From positions 26,796-90,795 of the IMG/VR virus record IMGVR_UViG_3300010885_018971: a stretch of 64,000 bases of DNA. One strand, given 5' to 3'. The stretch's first letter is position 1; each line of letters opens with the position of its first letter. The position numbers and the translations under genes are program-made. The stretch is from a virus. Below are positions 28,397 through 39,900 of the stretch, piece after piece. A model generated the notes under the pieces. The model saw nothing but the letters and a program-made list of their open reading frames with translations, did not search any database and was not told where the DNA came from.

Positions 28397-28408
28397 AGGA
28401 TTTTAATA

Positions 28409-28732
28409 ATGTTTGCAGTTTCAAGAGTTACGGATACAGTTGCTTCTCCGACTGGCACAGGTTGGAAATGCCTAATGCCAACTACAACATCAATTATTGG
28501 TCCAGGAGTTCCAACTGTATTGGTGAACTATTTGCCAATTTGTGTTTCAGGAGATGCAGTAATGCCTCATCTGGGTGCTTTTTGTAAACCAGACATATCA
28601 TTTGTAATTGGCACTAGTCTTACAGTGCTTTCTGGAGGGTTTAGACCAGTTGCAAGTATTGGCGATGAGGCATTTGGATCGGATTTACCAAACTTTATAA
28701 TTAGAGGTTCTTTCAATGTTCTTGTTGGTTAA
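28409..28732 (+). CDS. PAAR-like spike tip (gp5.4-like)
   Basis: AVSRVTD, TVLVN, GD...PH, VA.IGD, GSFNVLVG; position before gp25. Confidence 0.75.
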   Translation: MFAVSRVTDTVASPTGTGWKCLMPTTTSIIGPGVPTVLVNYLPICVSGDAVMPHLGAFCKPDISFVIGTSLTVLSGGFRPVASIGDEAFGSDLPNFIIRGSFNVLVG

Positions 28733-28747
28733 TTACTAAATAAGTAT

Positions 28748-29140
28748 ATGGCAAGAAATACAAGAACATTCACCGATCTAGATCTAAATTTTCTGGCTCA
28801 TCCAGTCACTAAAGACGTGACTGCCAAAACAGATGAACAGGCAGTTAAGGCGTCAATACGTAATTTGATTTTAACATCAAACTACGAAAAACCATTTCAC
28901 CCAGAGATTGGCTCTCCAATTAAGTCATTATTATTCGAACCAGCAACTCCTCTGTTGCCAGTTCTTATTAAAAAGGCTATCAGACAGACTATTGAGAACT
29001 TCGAGCCGAGAGCTAGATTGACTGACATAATTGCAAATTTAAGCGCAGACAATAATGATGTTTATGTAACCGTAGAATTCACCCTAATTAATACTACAAC
29101 TCCAATTAGTGTTAATTTGGTACTTAACAGAACGAGATAA
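28748..29140 (+). CDS. 25: baseplate wedge gp25
   Basis: DLDLNF..HP, AVK.SIRNLILT...E.PF.P.IGS, LLFEP, FEPR. Confidence 0.95.
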   Translation: MARNTRTFTDLDLNFLAHPVTKDVTAKTDEQAVKASIRNLILTSNYEKPFHPEIGSPIKSLLFEPATPLLPVLIKKAIRQTIENFEPRARLTDIIANLSADNNDVYVTVEFTLINTTTPISVNLVLNRTR

Positions 29141-29143
29141 GAT

Positions 29144-30994
29144 ATGGCAATCGAAAGCAAAAGAATCCAAGTTAGTGAGCTAGACTTCGATCAGATTAAA
29201 ACTAACCTAAAGAATTTTCTTAAAGGTCAAAATCAGTTTTCTGACTATGATTTTGAAGGTTCTGGCCTTTCAGTTCTTCTTGATGTTTTAGCGTACAACA
29301 CGCATTATAATGCACTTTACACAAACTTGGCTGTCAATGAGATGTTTCTTGACTCAGCCAGTAAACGTGCCAGTGTAGTTTCGATTGCTAAGTCTTTGGG
29401 CTATACCCCACAATCAGCTACATCAGCTAGAGCAATTGTTAATATGGAAGTTACCAATCCAGGATCTACTCCATATTCTTTAACGCTTCCACAATATTCT
29501 CCATTCACAACTGTTATTGATGGAAAATCTTATATCTTTTATAACACTTCTGAAGTAACAATTATTCCTCCAAATAATATCTATACGTTTGCTGATTTAG
29601 AATTAGTTGAAGGAACACCAATAACCTTTAAATATACAGTTGCTGATGGACAGCAATATATTATTCCAAATACTAATGCGGATATGTCTACTTTAAAAGT
29701 TCGTGTTCAAGAGTCTTCAAACTCAGACATGTTCACTACATTTTATCCAGCAACTTCTTTAGTGCAACTTGCATCAGACAGTAATGTATATTTCTCTAAA
29801 GAAATCGATAATGGTTTATATGAAATTGTTTTTGGTGATGGTGTAGTATCCTCTGCTCTGACAAATGGTAATATAGTTCACTTAGATTATTTTATCACAA
29901 AAGGATCTGTTGCTAATGGTGCACGACAATTCTTATATGCTGGAACAACCCTAATCGGTGGTGTTCCTGTAATTACAACTACAAGTCCAGCTTCTGGTGG
30001 AACTGAGTCTGAAAGTATTGACAGTATTAAATATAATGCACCAAGATTATATGCTGCGCAGAATCGTGCAGTTACGCCTGATGATTATAAAGCATTAATA
30101 TATGGGGCATTTCCTTATATTAAATCTGTATCAGTTTGGGGTGGCGAGGACAATAATCCTCCAGTTTACGGTAGAACTTATATCTGCGCTAAACCAACCA
30201 ATGCCATCAAATTAACAAACCAACAAAAGTCTGATATCACAACTACGTTGCTTTCTTCTAGGAGTGTAGTTTCAATAACACCTGTTATTGTTGATCCAGA
30301 ATATATTAATATTTCTCTAGATGTTACAGTTTACTATAACGATAGAAAAACTACAAAAACTGTTTCTCAAATCTCTGCATTAGTTATTGATACTATTTTT
30401 GCTTACGATGATACAAATCTACAGAAATTTGATGGAGTATTTAGATACTCTCAATTGAGCCGTTTGATTGATTTGGCTGAACCTTCTATTGTAAGTAATA
30501 TCACAACAGTTCTACTCCGTAGAAAAGTATCACCTCGTTATAATGTTTCTGCTGAATATACAATCAATTTAGTTAACCCAATTTTCTCAGCTGGTGTTCC
30601 TGAAGGTGCAGTAACTTCAACAGGTTTTTATATTAAAGGTAGTGAAGAAATTCACTATCTACAAGATGATGGTGTTGGTAATATTCAACTATATTATATT
30701 ATTGCATCAAACGCAGCCACGACTGGTACAACTAAACTTATCGTAAATCCAAAAATTGGAACTGTTGATTATGCTGGTGGTATTCTAAATATTAAGAATT
30801 TAAATATTACTGCATTGGGAGATATAGATTTTGAGATTTCATTTAAACCCCAATCAAACGATGTTGTTTCTGCTTATACACAAATTGCTGAAATTGCACG
30901 AGATCATTTAACTGTTACTGCCATTGCCGATAAAACATCAAATGGTGATCTACGTGGCGGAAAGAATTATACATTTACTTCTAGCAGAAACTAA
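29144..30994 (+). CDS. 6: baseplate wedge gp6
   Basis: ELDFDQIK.NL, DYDFEGSGLS.LLDVLAYNTHY, FGDG, QNRAVT..DY, WGGE. Confidence 0.95.
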   Translation: MAIESKRIQVSELDFDQIKTNLKNFLKGQNQFSDYDFEGSGLSVLLDVLAYNTHYNALYTNLAVNEMFLDSASKRASVVSIAKSLGYTPQSATSARAIVNMEVTNPGSTPYSLTLPQYSPFTTVIDGKSYIFYNTSEVTIIPPNNIYTFADLELVEGTPITFKYTVADGQQYIIPNTNADMSTLKVRVQESSNSDMFTTFYPATSLVQLASDSNVYFSKEIDNGLYEIVFGDGVVSSALTNGNIVHLDYFITKGSVANGARQFLYAGTTLIGGVPVITTTSPASGGTESESIDSIKYNAPRLYAAQNRAVTPDDYKALIYGAFPYIKSVSVWGGEDNNPPVYGRTYICAKPTNAIKLTNQQKSDITTTLLSSRSVVSITPVIVDPEYINISLDVTVYYNDRKTTKTVSQISALVIDTIFAYDDTNLQKFDGVFRYSQLSRLIDLAEPSIVSNITTVLLRRKVSPRYNVSAEYTINLVNPIFSAGVPEGAVTSTGFYIKGSEEIHYLQDDGVGNIQLYYIIASNAATTGTTKLIVNPKIGTVDYAGGILNIKNLNITALGDIDFEISFKPQSNDVVSAYTQIAEIARDHLTVTAIADKTSNGDLRGGKNYTFTSSRN

Positions 30995-33492
30995 TGATTA
31001 CCAGACCTAAAGTATCTTCCCTGTTACCATCACAGGTTCCTGAGTTTGTCAGGGAAGACTACACAACATTCGTTGAATTCCTAAAAGCGTATTATGAATT
31101 CTTAGATCAAAATTATGATACGAATTTCACTACACTTAGAGATTTAGATAAAACTCTAGACTCATTTATTGATCAGTTTAAAAACGAACTTGCAATAAAT
31201 TTACCATATAGTGTTGTAAATGAAAGATTTTTATTAGAAAAAATTAAAGATCAGTACCTCGCTAAAGGTTCTGAGGCATCTTTTAAGTTATTATTTAAAA
31301 TTTTATTTGATAAAAAAGTAACTGTAGAATATCCATCAAAACAAATTCTTCGTGCATCTGATGGTAAGTGGAATCAAGACGTTGGTGTTTTTGCCAGAGT
31401 TAATGCTGGCAGTCCAGATGATATTGTTGGTAAGATTGTTGATGTAGTTACTCCAACTAAAATTCTAAGAGTTCAAGTTGATAAAAGGCAGTATGTTGAG
31501 GTTGAGGTTGATAATGTAACTCAGATTTCTGGTGATATCTATGAATTTTATATCGATCGTAGATTCTTTGGTAGTATCAATATTGGAGATTCTCTCCGCT
31601 ATGCAGATACTTTTGAAGCAACCATAGTACCAACAACAGCAAAAATTGAAATACAAAAACCTGGAAAGAAGTTTAAAGTAGGTGATTTATATCCTATTAA
31701 AAATGGTAATGGTAATGGTAGTATATTAAAAATATCTAGAGTTAGTGCTACTGGTGGCATTGAAGCTGCTGAATTTGTTAGATATGGCATTGGTTATGAA
31801 ACAGATTTTACTGCAAACATAATTCCAATATCTGGGACATCTGCCAACTCAAATTTATCTAGTAGTTTAACAATCTCTGGTGTTAGTCCAAATTATAGCA
31901 TTGGGTTCAATGAATCTACCGATGGATTTTTTGAACAGGGTATTATCAATATAACAGATTATACTGAAACTGGTGAATACTGGGATGGTACATATTCTGG
32001 GCAAATTATTCGTGAGTTCTTTGTTGATAACAAATACTCAGTTCTAGATCCAGATGAACCTGCATATGTTAAGATTAATCTTGGTGCATTAGCAAAATAT
32101 CCAGGATACTATACTACTAATGATGGTTTCTTGGATGATGCTATTTTTATTCAAGATAGTCGTTATTATCAGGCATTCGCCTATGTTCTTAAGATTGATG
32201 AGAGATTAGATACATATCGTTCTGCAGTTAAAACTTTAGTTCACCCAGCTGGTATGGCTTTGTTTGGTGAGTTTGATATCCGAAACGAATTTGATGCTGG
32301 AACATCTTTAGAATTTGCATTAAGATACCTTTTTGTTGCATTTCAAGATGAGCAGTTTATTGCAGACAATATATCTACAAAATTCTTAAATAAGACTCTA
32401 ATATCAGGGCATTTAATAAATGATAATGCAACACCAGAGCAAGAAGAAGCAATTCCTACTGATGTAAATTTCATTGAAACATCTAAGTTAATAAACAACA
32501 CAACTAGTAATTATGATGATGATGTAGAACCGAATGAAGTCTTCCCAGTAGAATCTCAATATTTAAATGCAGATGGACTAACATATAGAGATGGTATTAG
32601 CATAATTGATTTTAGTAAGCATGTTCAATCTGCTTACTTAAATGATGGAGTTACGTTAGATACCAATTTGGTAACAATGTTGGAAGATCCAGCAATAACT
32701 TTATCAAAACCTCTGCAGGATTCTTTCTCTATGGCGGAGACTATTTCGGCAATAGATATGTCGAAACTGCTATCATCTGGGCATTTAATAAATGATAATG
32801 CAACTACAGATTCTGAATCAGTAACTCCAACAGAGAGTTACGTAAGTTTACTATCTAAGCCGTTGGGCTCTCAATTACTTTACGATGAAATTACCACAGA
32901 AGATAGTAATGTTTCTATGGATACTATTCCAGACGCTTCTACTATTCTATTCAGTAAACTAGTGAATGATACTTTACTTTATGATGGTGTTACACTAGAT
33001 GACAATACATTCACTGTAACTGAAGATGACTATTTAAATGCAGATGGATTAACTTACCGAAAAGGTATTAGCACATTCGCTATTACTAAGGTATTTAATT
33101 CGCCTATTTACGACCACTATTTGTATGATGGTGCAGTTTTAGATACGGATACAGTTGCGCCATCTGAATCTATTTCAGCAATAGATATGTCTAAATCGCT
33201 ATCTACACATTATTTGTATGATGGTGTAACGAACGATAATAACGAAGTACCTATTTCAGACACTACTGGAACAGATTCAGCACGAACTGTTCCATATATT
33301 GTCCTAAATAAGTCTATTACTAACATAACCACGAATTACGATGGTGACTTAGATGATGAAACAATTACTGTGACTGGTGGAGGAGGAAATATATGGTTCA
33401 ACCCATATTCTGAACCTTATCCTGTTGCACAATCATACTTTTTAAACGATAGCGGAAACTATGTTGAAGGTGAATCCGCTTTTACTGGATAA
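30994..33492 (+). CDS. 7: baseplate wedge gp7-like with acidic C-terminal repeats
   Basis: PEFVRE.Y..F..FL.AYY, KGSE.SF, SDGKW, IQDS.YYQ.F.Y, HPAG...FG. Confidence 0.85.
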   Translation: MITRPKVSSLLPSQVPEFVREDYTTFVEFLKAYYEFLDQNYDTNFTTLRDLDKTLDSFIDQFKNELAINLPYSVVNERFLLEKIKDQYLAKGSEASFKLLFKILFDKKVTVEYPSKQILRASDGKWNQDVGVFARVNAGSPDDIVGKIVDVVTPTKILRVQVDKRQYVEVEVDNVTQISGDIYEFYIDRRFFGSINIGDSLRYADTFEATIVPTTAKIEIQKPGKKFKVGDLYPIKNGNGNGSILKISRVSATGGIEAAEFVRYGIGYETDFTANIIPISGTSANSNLSSSLTISGVSPNYSIGFNESTDGFFEQGIINITDYTETGEYWDGTYSGQIIREFFVDNKYSVLDPDEPAYVKINLGALAKYPGYYTTNDGFLDDAIFIQDSRYYQAFAYVLKIDERLDTYRSAVKTLVHPAGMALFGEFDIRNEFDAGTSLEFALRYLFVAFQDEQFIADNISTKFLNKTLISGHLINDNATPEQEEAIPTDVNFIETSKLINNTTSNYDDDVEPNEVFPVESQYLNADGLTYRDGISIIDFSKHVQSAYLNDGVTLDTNLVTMLEDPAITLSKPLQDSFSMAETISAIDMSKLLSSGHLINDNATTDSESVTPTESYVSLLSKPLGSQLLYDEITTEDSNVSMDTIPDASTILFSKLVNDTLLYDGVTLDDNTFTVTEDDYLNADGLTYRKGISTFAITKVFNSPIYDHYLYDGAVLDTDTVAPSESISAIDMSKSLSTHYLYDGVTNDNNEVPISDTTGTDSARTVPYIVLNKSITNITTNYDGDLDDETITVTGGGGNIWFNPYSEPYPVAQSYFLNDSGNYVEGESAFTG

Positions 33493-33511
33493 TTACCACA
33501 AGGAGAATCTT

Positions 33512-33955
33512 ATGAACTTAAAAGAAAATTTAAAAGCTACTGGTGAACTTACAATTTCTGTTTTCACCCAAGACGGAAAATTAAAAGAATCCAAGAAAGT
33601 TCCAAACTTAGTTGTTACCGTTGGTAAAAACTATATTGCTAGTCGTATGGCTGGGACTGCTTCTACTGTTATGTCTCACATGGCAATTGGAACTGGAACT
33701 GGAACTCCAAGCGTAGGAAACACTACTCTAGGAACTGAAGCTGGTCGTGTTTCATTGGCATCATTTACTGCTTCCACAAATACTGTTACTGCAACAGCAA
33801 CATTCCCAGCTGCCACTGCTACTGGTGCTATCACTGAAGCTGCAATCTTTAATGATGGATCATCTGGTACTATGCTTTGCCGCACAACATTCCCTGTTGT
33901 TAATAAAGCTGCAGGTGATTCTATCGCTATCACTTGGGTTGTTACTGTAAGTTAA
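33512..33955 (+). CDS. baseplate/tail structural protein
   Basis: NLVVTVG...IA.RM, MAIGTG, ITEA.IFN; AAGGAG RBS. Confidence 0.75.
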   Translation: MNLKENLKATGELTISVFTQDGKLKESKKVPNLVVTVGKNYIASRMAGTASTVMSHMAIGTGTGTPSVGNTTLGTEAGRVSLASFTASTNTVTATATFPAATATGAITEAAIFNDGSSGTMLCRTTFPVVNKAAGDSIAITWVVTVS

Positions 33956-33971
33956 TTAAAAGAAAACACAA

Positions 33972-36899
33972 ATGGCTACATCTTCTTTAATGAAGACCTC
34001 TCTGCATAATTCTATTGCAGATGGTTTATATACTGAGATTATAACAAACTATTCAAGATATTATTATTTCTTGGGGAGAACTCTCACGTGGGAAGATGAG
34101 CTAACACCTCCAGAGCCAGTAGATAGTTATGCTTATGATTTACAAACTCGTAATGAAATTATCACAATGAAAGCGATTAAAGCTACTGACGTAGCTTATG
34201 TTGTTAATCGTATTGATTGGACTAGTGGAACAGTTTATGATCATTTTGACGATCAGTATTCAACTGAAGTCCAAGGTGTTAATTTAACTGATGGTGGATT
34301 TAGTTATGGTTCTGCGCCAAATGTTTACATTGGTTCAGAAGGTGCTGTACTTTGGGTTCCAAATACTGCATATGTTTATGGAGATATGATTAAAGTTTTA
34401 GCCAGTGGTAAAGTTTACATAGTTACTAATACAGGAATTACTGGATCTACTGCTCCAAGTCATACCACAGGATCTCAATTAAATGGAACGGCATCTTTAG
34501 ATTATGTAAATCATAATGATGCTGGTGGATCTGGTGCAACGGCAGAATCTACTGTTCTTGATGGTTCTGTTATTGACATTAGCTTAACCAATCGTGGTAG
34601 AGGATATATTTCCAATCCATCAATTACAATTATTGGTGGTGGCGGTGGTGGCGCAATTGCAACTGGTGTAGTTACAATTGCTGCTTCTGGAACGCAGAAA
34701 GTGGAAAATTCTCAATTTTATGTTGTCACTGATGAATTCAATGTGTATCAATGTATTGATAATAATGATGGAACTCCATCAGTGATAAAACCAACTGGAA
34801 CTTCTATTGATGTAGTCAAAACTAGCGATGACTATATTTGGAAATTTCTTTACAATATACCGATCGCTTTAAGAAATAAATTTTTTACAGATTCTTACAT
34901 GCCAGTTCTAACTGCATTAAGAGATCAATTTTATTCTTCTGGAACTTTAAAAACTATCCGTATTAATCAAGCAGGAAGTGGATATAGTTATGGAACTATT
35001 ACGATACAGGGGGATGGTAATTCTTCTGGAGAAGCATTATATTTAACTGATCATTCTTTCACTGCTGGTGGTTCTGGTTATTCAACACCAACTATTTCTA
35101 TTGATCCTCCATTCAATGGGGTATCTCCATGGCTTTCTCAACAATCTCCTATTGTTGGTCAGTATTTAAGTTATGGTAATAATATATACCTAGTTTCAGT
35201 TGGTGGAACTACATCAACAGTTGGTCCAATTCATCGTTTTGGTACAGTAGAAAATGGAACAACTGCATTAACATATGCTGGCACTACAGTTACAGCAGAA
35301 GCTGTTGTAGAAGATGGCGAGATTACTGATCTTATTGTATATGGTATGTTAAGAGACATACAAATTCTTAGTGGTGGCTCAGGATACACTCAAGCACCAA
35401 CAGTTTATTTTGATGGTGGTGGCGGTTCAGCTGCCTCAGCAACAGCAGTATTACAAAATGGATCAATAATTCGTGTAATCATCACAGATCCAGGATATGA
35501 TTATATAACTGCTCCAGATATTACATTCGGTACTTCATGGGCACCATCAACAAGTGTTAGTATTGGTGATCAGATTTATTATTCAACTAGACTTTATACT
35601 GTTACTGGTTCAGGAACTACTGGTGTTACTGCACCAGTACACTTGTCTGGATCAGCATCAAATGGTACTGCAACCCTAGATTATGCTGGAGCTCAGGCAA
35701 CTGCAAGTACTTTGATTAAATATGGGGCTGGTTACTCAGATATTCCAACAATTACTATTACAGAAGAACTTGGTGAAGGCGCAGCATTTTATTTCACTGG
35801 CATAAAATCAGAAGCTAAATTAATACCAATTTTTGCAGCAGATACTTTGGGACAAGAGTGGCAAGATAGCACCACATATACCTTAGGGTTAAAAGTTTGG
35901 TATAGTAATAGATTATATACAGTAATAACTGGTGGTATCAGTGGGGTTGTTGAGCCAACTCATACAGCAGGTTCAATAACTAATGGTACTTGCACGTTTA
36001 GATTTGAAGGTTATTTTGGTCAATTGATTGGTGTGCAAGTTGATGATCCAGGAGTCGGATACACTTATGCCAATTTGAGTATCACTGGCGATGGCGAAGA
36101 TGCAGAAGTTGTTGCAGACTTATCTCCAGGTGATGTTAATACTCTTCAAGCAAATATTGAATTACTAACTGTAGATGGTAAAATATTAAACTGTCCAATT
36201 ATTTCAAGTGGTTATGGTTATGGCTTTGCCACAGTTACAATCACTGGAGACGGCACTGGTGCTGTAGCAGAAGCTATTATTAGTAATGGTGCAATTGAAC
36301 GTATTAATATTACTAGCAGTGGATCTGGATATCGTAAGGCAACTGTTACCATTACTGGTACAGGATTTGGTGCACAGGCAAGAGCAATTATTGGTCCATA
36401 TGGTGGATATGGAAAAGAAGCGCTAAATAATTTATACGCTCGCACATTAATGTTCTATAGTAATATTTCTCAAGATAGGAATCAGGGATTTAATGTAAAT
36501 AATGACTATCGTCAGATTGGTATTATTAAGGGACCAAGGCAATATTCAAACACTCAACCATTGACTCTTATTTTAGCGTCGGCATGCTGGGTTATTTCTG
36601 GTGTAGCAAACCCTACCCTCTTCCCAATAGATTCTATCATTTATAAAACTAGTGATTCTACTAGATTTAGAATTGTTACTAATACGGGATCATCATTGCT
36701 ACTTCAATCCATGGACAACGCATTAATTACAACTGGAGATGCATTTACTAATGATAACTCAGATTTATTCGCATCAACTTCAGTGACTCCTCCAAACGTA
36801 GATAAATATTCTGGAGACTTACTGTTTATCGACAATAAACAAGCGTTTACGCCTACAAATGATGAAGCAGTTACCCTTAGAACTGTTATTAGGTTCTAA
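33972..36899 (+). CDS. 8: baseplate wedge gp8-like with inserted repeat and carbohydrate-binding modules
   Basis: YYFLGR...W, R.DW.SGTVY, FYV.TDE.NVY.C.DN, WKFLY, YRQIGII, YSGD.LFIDN. Confidence 0.85.
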   Translation: MATSSLMKTSLHNSIADGLYTEIITNYSRYYYFLGRTLTWEDELTPPEPVDSYAYDLQTRNEIITMKAIKATDVAYVVNRIDWTSGTVYDHFDDQYSTEVQGVNLTDGGFSYGSAPNVYIGSEGAVLWVPNTAYVYGDMIKVLASGKVYIVTNTGITGSTAPSHTTGSQLNGTASLDYVNHNDAGGSGATAESTVLDGSVIDISLTNRGRGYISNPSITIIGGGGGGAIATGVVTIAASGTQKVENSQFYVVTDEFNVYQCIDNNDGTPSVIKPTGTSIDVVKTSDDYIWKFLYNIPIALRNKFFTDSYMPVLTALRDQFYSSGTLKTIRINQAGSGYSYGTITIQGDGNSSGEALYLTDHSFTAGGSGYSTPTISIDPPFNGVSPWLSQQSPIVGQYLSYGNNIYLVSVGGTTSTVGPIHRFGTVENGTTALTYAGTTVTAEAVVEDGEITDLIVYGMLRDIQILSGGSGYTQAPTVYFDGGGGSAASATAVLQNGSIIRVIITDPGYDYITAPDITFGTSWAPSTSVSIGDQIYYSTRLYTVTGSGTTGVTAPVHLSGSASNGTATLDYAGAQATASTLIKYGAGYSDIPTITITEELGEGAAFYFTGIKSEAKLIPIFAADTLGQEWQDSTTYTLGLKVWYSNRLYTVITGGISGVVEPTHTAGSITNGTCTFRFEGYFGQLIGVQVDDPGVGYTYANLSITGDGEDAEVVADLSPGDVNTLQANIELLTVDGKILNCPIISSGYGYGFATVTITGDGTGAVAEAIISNGAIERINITSSGSGYRKATVTITGTGFGAQARAIIGPYGGYGKEALNNLYARTLMFYSNISQDRNQGFNVNNDYRQIGIIKGPRQYSNTQPLTLILASACWVISGVANPTLFPIDSIIYKTSDSTRFRIVTNTGSSLLLQSMDNALITTGDAFTNDNSDLFASTSVTPPNVDKYSGDLLFIDNKQAFTPTNDEAVTLRTVIRF

Positions 36900-36936
36900 T
36901 AAATATAAAAGATTACTTACAGGATAGAGATCAACA

Positions 36937-39900
36937 ATGTTAGATTTTAACACCGAACCGTATAATGATGACTTTGATGAAAACAATAAATTCTACAGAA
37001 TTTTGTTTCGTCCAAGTTTTGCTGTTCAAGCCAGAGAATTAACTCAGCTACAAACAATTCTACAAAATCAAATTTCCCGTCAGGGTGACCACCTCTTTAA
37101 AGAAGGTGCTATGGTCATTCCAGGACAGATCTCTCTTGACACAAAATATAATTATGTTAAATTGCAGGTATTTAACTCTGCTGGTGATGTAACTGAAACA
37201 TTCGTTTCTAATTTGCAAGATAAAACTTTGGTTGGAACATCTGGCATTACTGCCCAAGTATTAAATGTTGTAAGTGCAGAAGGCGCAGACCCAACTACGA
37301 TTTACGTTCGTTATACATCCACTGGAGATGATAATACTACAAAGGTTTTTGCTAATGGTGAGATATTAACCGCAACAGATGACAGTTATACTGTAACTGC
37401 TTATGCCTCAGGTGCTACTGGGGTTGGTTCTGCTGCAACTGTACAACGTGGTGTTTACTATGTTAATGGTTTCTTTGTTCTTTGTGACACGCAAACAATT
37501 CTTCTGGACAAATATACTAATAATCCTTCTTATCGTATTGGTCTAAATGTTATTGAATCTAAATTAACTCCAGAAGATACTGGATATGAGATGCTTCTGG
37601 ACAATGCTCAGAATAGTTTTAACTATGCTGCTCCAGGTGCTCATCGTTACTTTATTGATTTAATTCTAACTAAACTTGCTGAAGATTCAGAAGAAGATGA
37701 TGGTTTTATTGAACTCTTATCGACGACTGAAGGACAAGTTAAACGTGAAGTTACTAAAACTGCTTATGCAGAAATTGAAAAAACACTGGCTCGTCGTACA
37801 TATGATGAGTCTGGTAATTATACAATTAAACCTTTTGCACTCGATGTTCGCGAGCATCGTAGCAATGAACGTGGTCAGTGGTTAGAGAATACTGCTTATT
37901 TAATTGGCGACGTAGTTACTAATGGTGGAATCACGTACGCTGCTAAGAATTCTGCAACTTCAGTTAATATTCCTCCAACACATACTAGTGGAACATCTTA
38001 TGATGGAACATCTTCTAGTGGTGTAAATTGGGAATATAATTTAAAACCAACATATAATCGTGGTATCTATACCCCAGAAAATGGTGGGGATGAAGCTAAA
38101 TTAGCTATCGGTATGGAGCCAGGAAAGGCATACGTTCAGGGATATGAGATCGAAAAGATCGCAACTGAATATGTTACTGTTGATAAAGCAAGAACATCAG
38201 TTCAAGTTACTGATAGTTATCTAAATACTCCACTTGGTAATTTTGTTTACGTAACAAATATTAACTCATTACCGCCATTCGATTCAACGACTGGCTGCCC
38301 AAAGATTATAATCTATAATAGATTCACTTCTTCTGTTGGTGTTGCTCCAACAAGTGCAACCGCAATTGGTACTGCTCGTGTTCGTGGTATTGAATGGCAC
38401 AGTGGCACTATTGGCCAGCAAACAGCAGTATACAAATTATATCTATTTGATGTAAGTATTACTTCTGGTTATGATTTTGACCGCGACGCAAAGGCATTCT
38501 ATTATAGTCGTTCAGATACTAATTTAAACTTTACTGCTAATGTTAATGCAGTAACTTTAAATTTAGTGGGTTCAGCAACAACTTATAGCAGCTATCCAAC
38601 TAAAGGTGCTTCTACTTCATTGACTGGTATTGGCTCAGCATGGTCGGGTGGCACACTAACAAGCCCAGCACTTAAAGTTGGTGACTATATTTACGTAGGT
38701 TCTTCAGCAAATATCCGTAGAGTAGTAACAGTTACTAGTAATGGAGTTATCGTTGTAGATTCTTCAGTTACTGTTGATGGTGGAATTATTAGTTTAGTTA
38801 AAACTAAAATGCAAGAGCCAACAAACAATACTCTTATCTTCCCACTACCAAACTACGCTATTAAATCTGTTCGTGATGCAAGTTCCGCAAAACAGATTAT
38901 TTACTATGGTATGCAATACCTTAGTGGGACTACTGGTTCTGGTTCTGGTGGTTCTTGTACTCTAACTATTAATACTACTGCTGGTGTATTTGCAGAATCT
39001 ACAGAACCAGATAACTATATTGTTGTTTGGTATGATGCAAGTGCAGGCGGTGTAGTTGTTTTACCAACTTCTATTAGTGCAGGTGGTTCTTCATCTATTA
39101 CATTCACTCTTCCAGATACTTACGCTTCTTCTAACTTTATTGTAATGGCAACAATTAAGAAGATTGGTTCTGATGGTGGTGAAAAAACTAAAACTCTACA
39201 AACAACTACTCAAACATATACTACTCAAGCAACAGCTACGAAGGCTATCTTGTCATTGGGTAAAGCTGACGTATTTCGAATTAAATCCATTATGATGGAT
39301 ACTGGAAATTTCACTAGTCCGAGTGGTACTTATGGTATTAGCATCTATGATCGTTACGACTTCGATAATGGTCAACGTGATGAATACTATGATGTAGGTA
39401 GATTGTTCCTAAAGCATTCTTATTCAGCACCTACTGCTCCAATCTCTGTTGAGTTTGAGTATTTCTCTCATTCATCTGGCGATTACTTTACAATCAATTC
39501 ATATCCAGGAACAGTTCGTGTAAACGATATTCCTTCATATAATGGCATTTCATTGCGTGATGTATTAGATTTCCGCCCTAGAATTGGTGACGCTGGAACA
39601 ATATTCTCTGGTTCTGGTTCATCATTCTCAATGCCACCTAAACGTGGTCAAGATATTACGGTAGATTATTCATACTACCTATCTCGTAAGGATAAAATTG
39701 CAATTAGTCGAGATGGTTCATTCTTTAATGTTGCGGGTGTTCCTGCCTTAGTTCCAGGTGAACCATTAGATCCTGCAATTGGTATGGTTCTTTATAAACT
39801 GTCACTTGAGCCATATACTTTTGGCACATCAAACGCTAATATTATTGTTGATCAGGTTGACAATAAGCGTTATACCATGCGTGATATTGGTAAACTAGAA

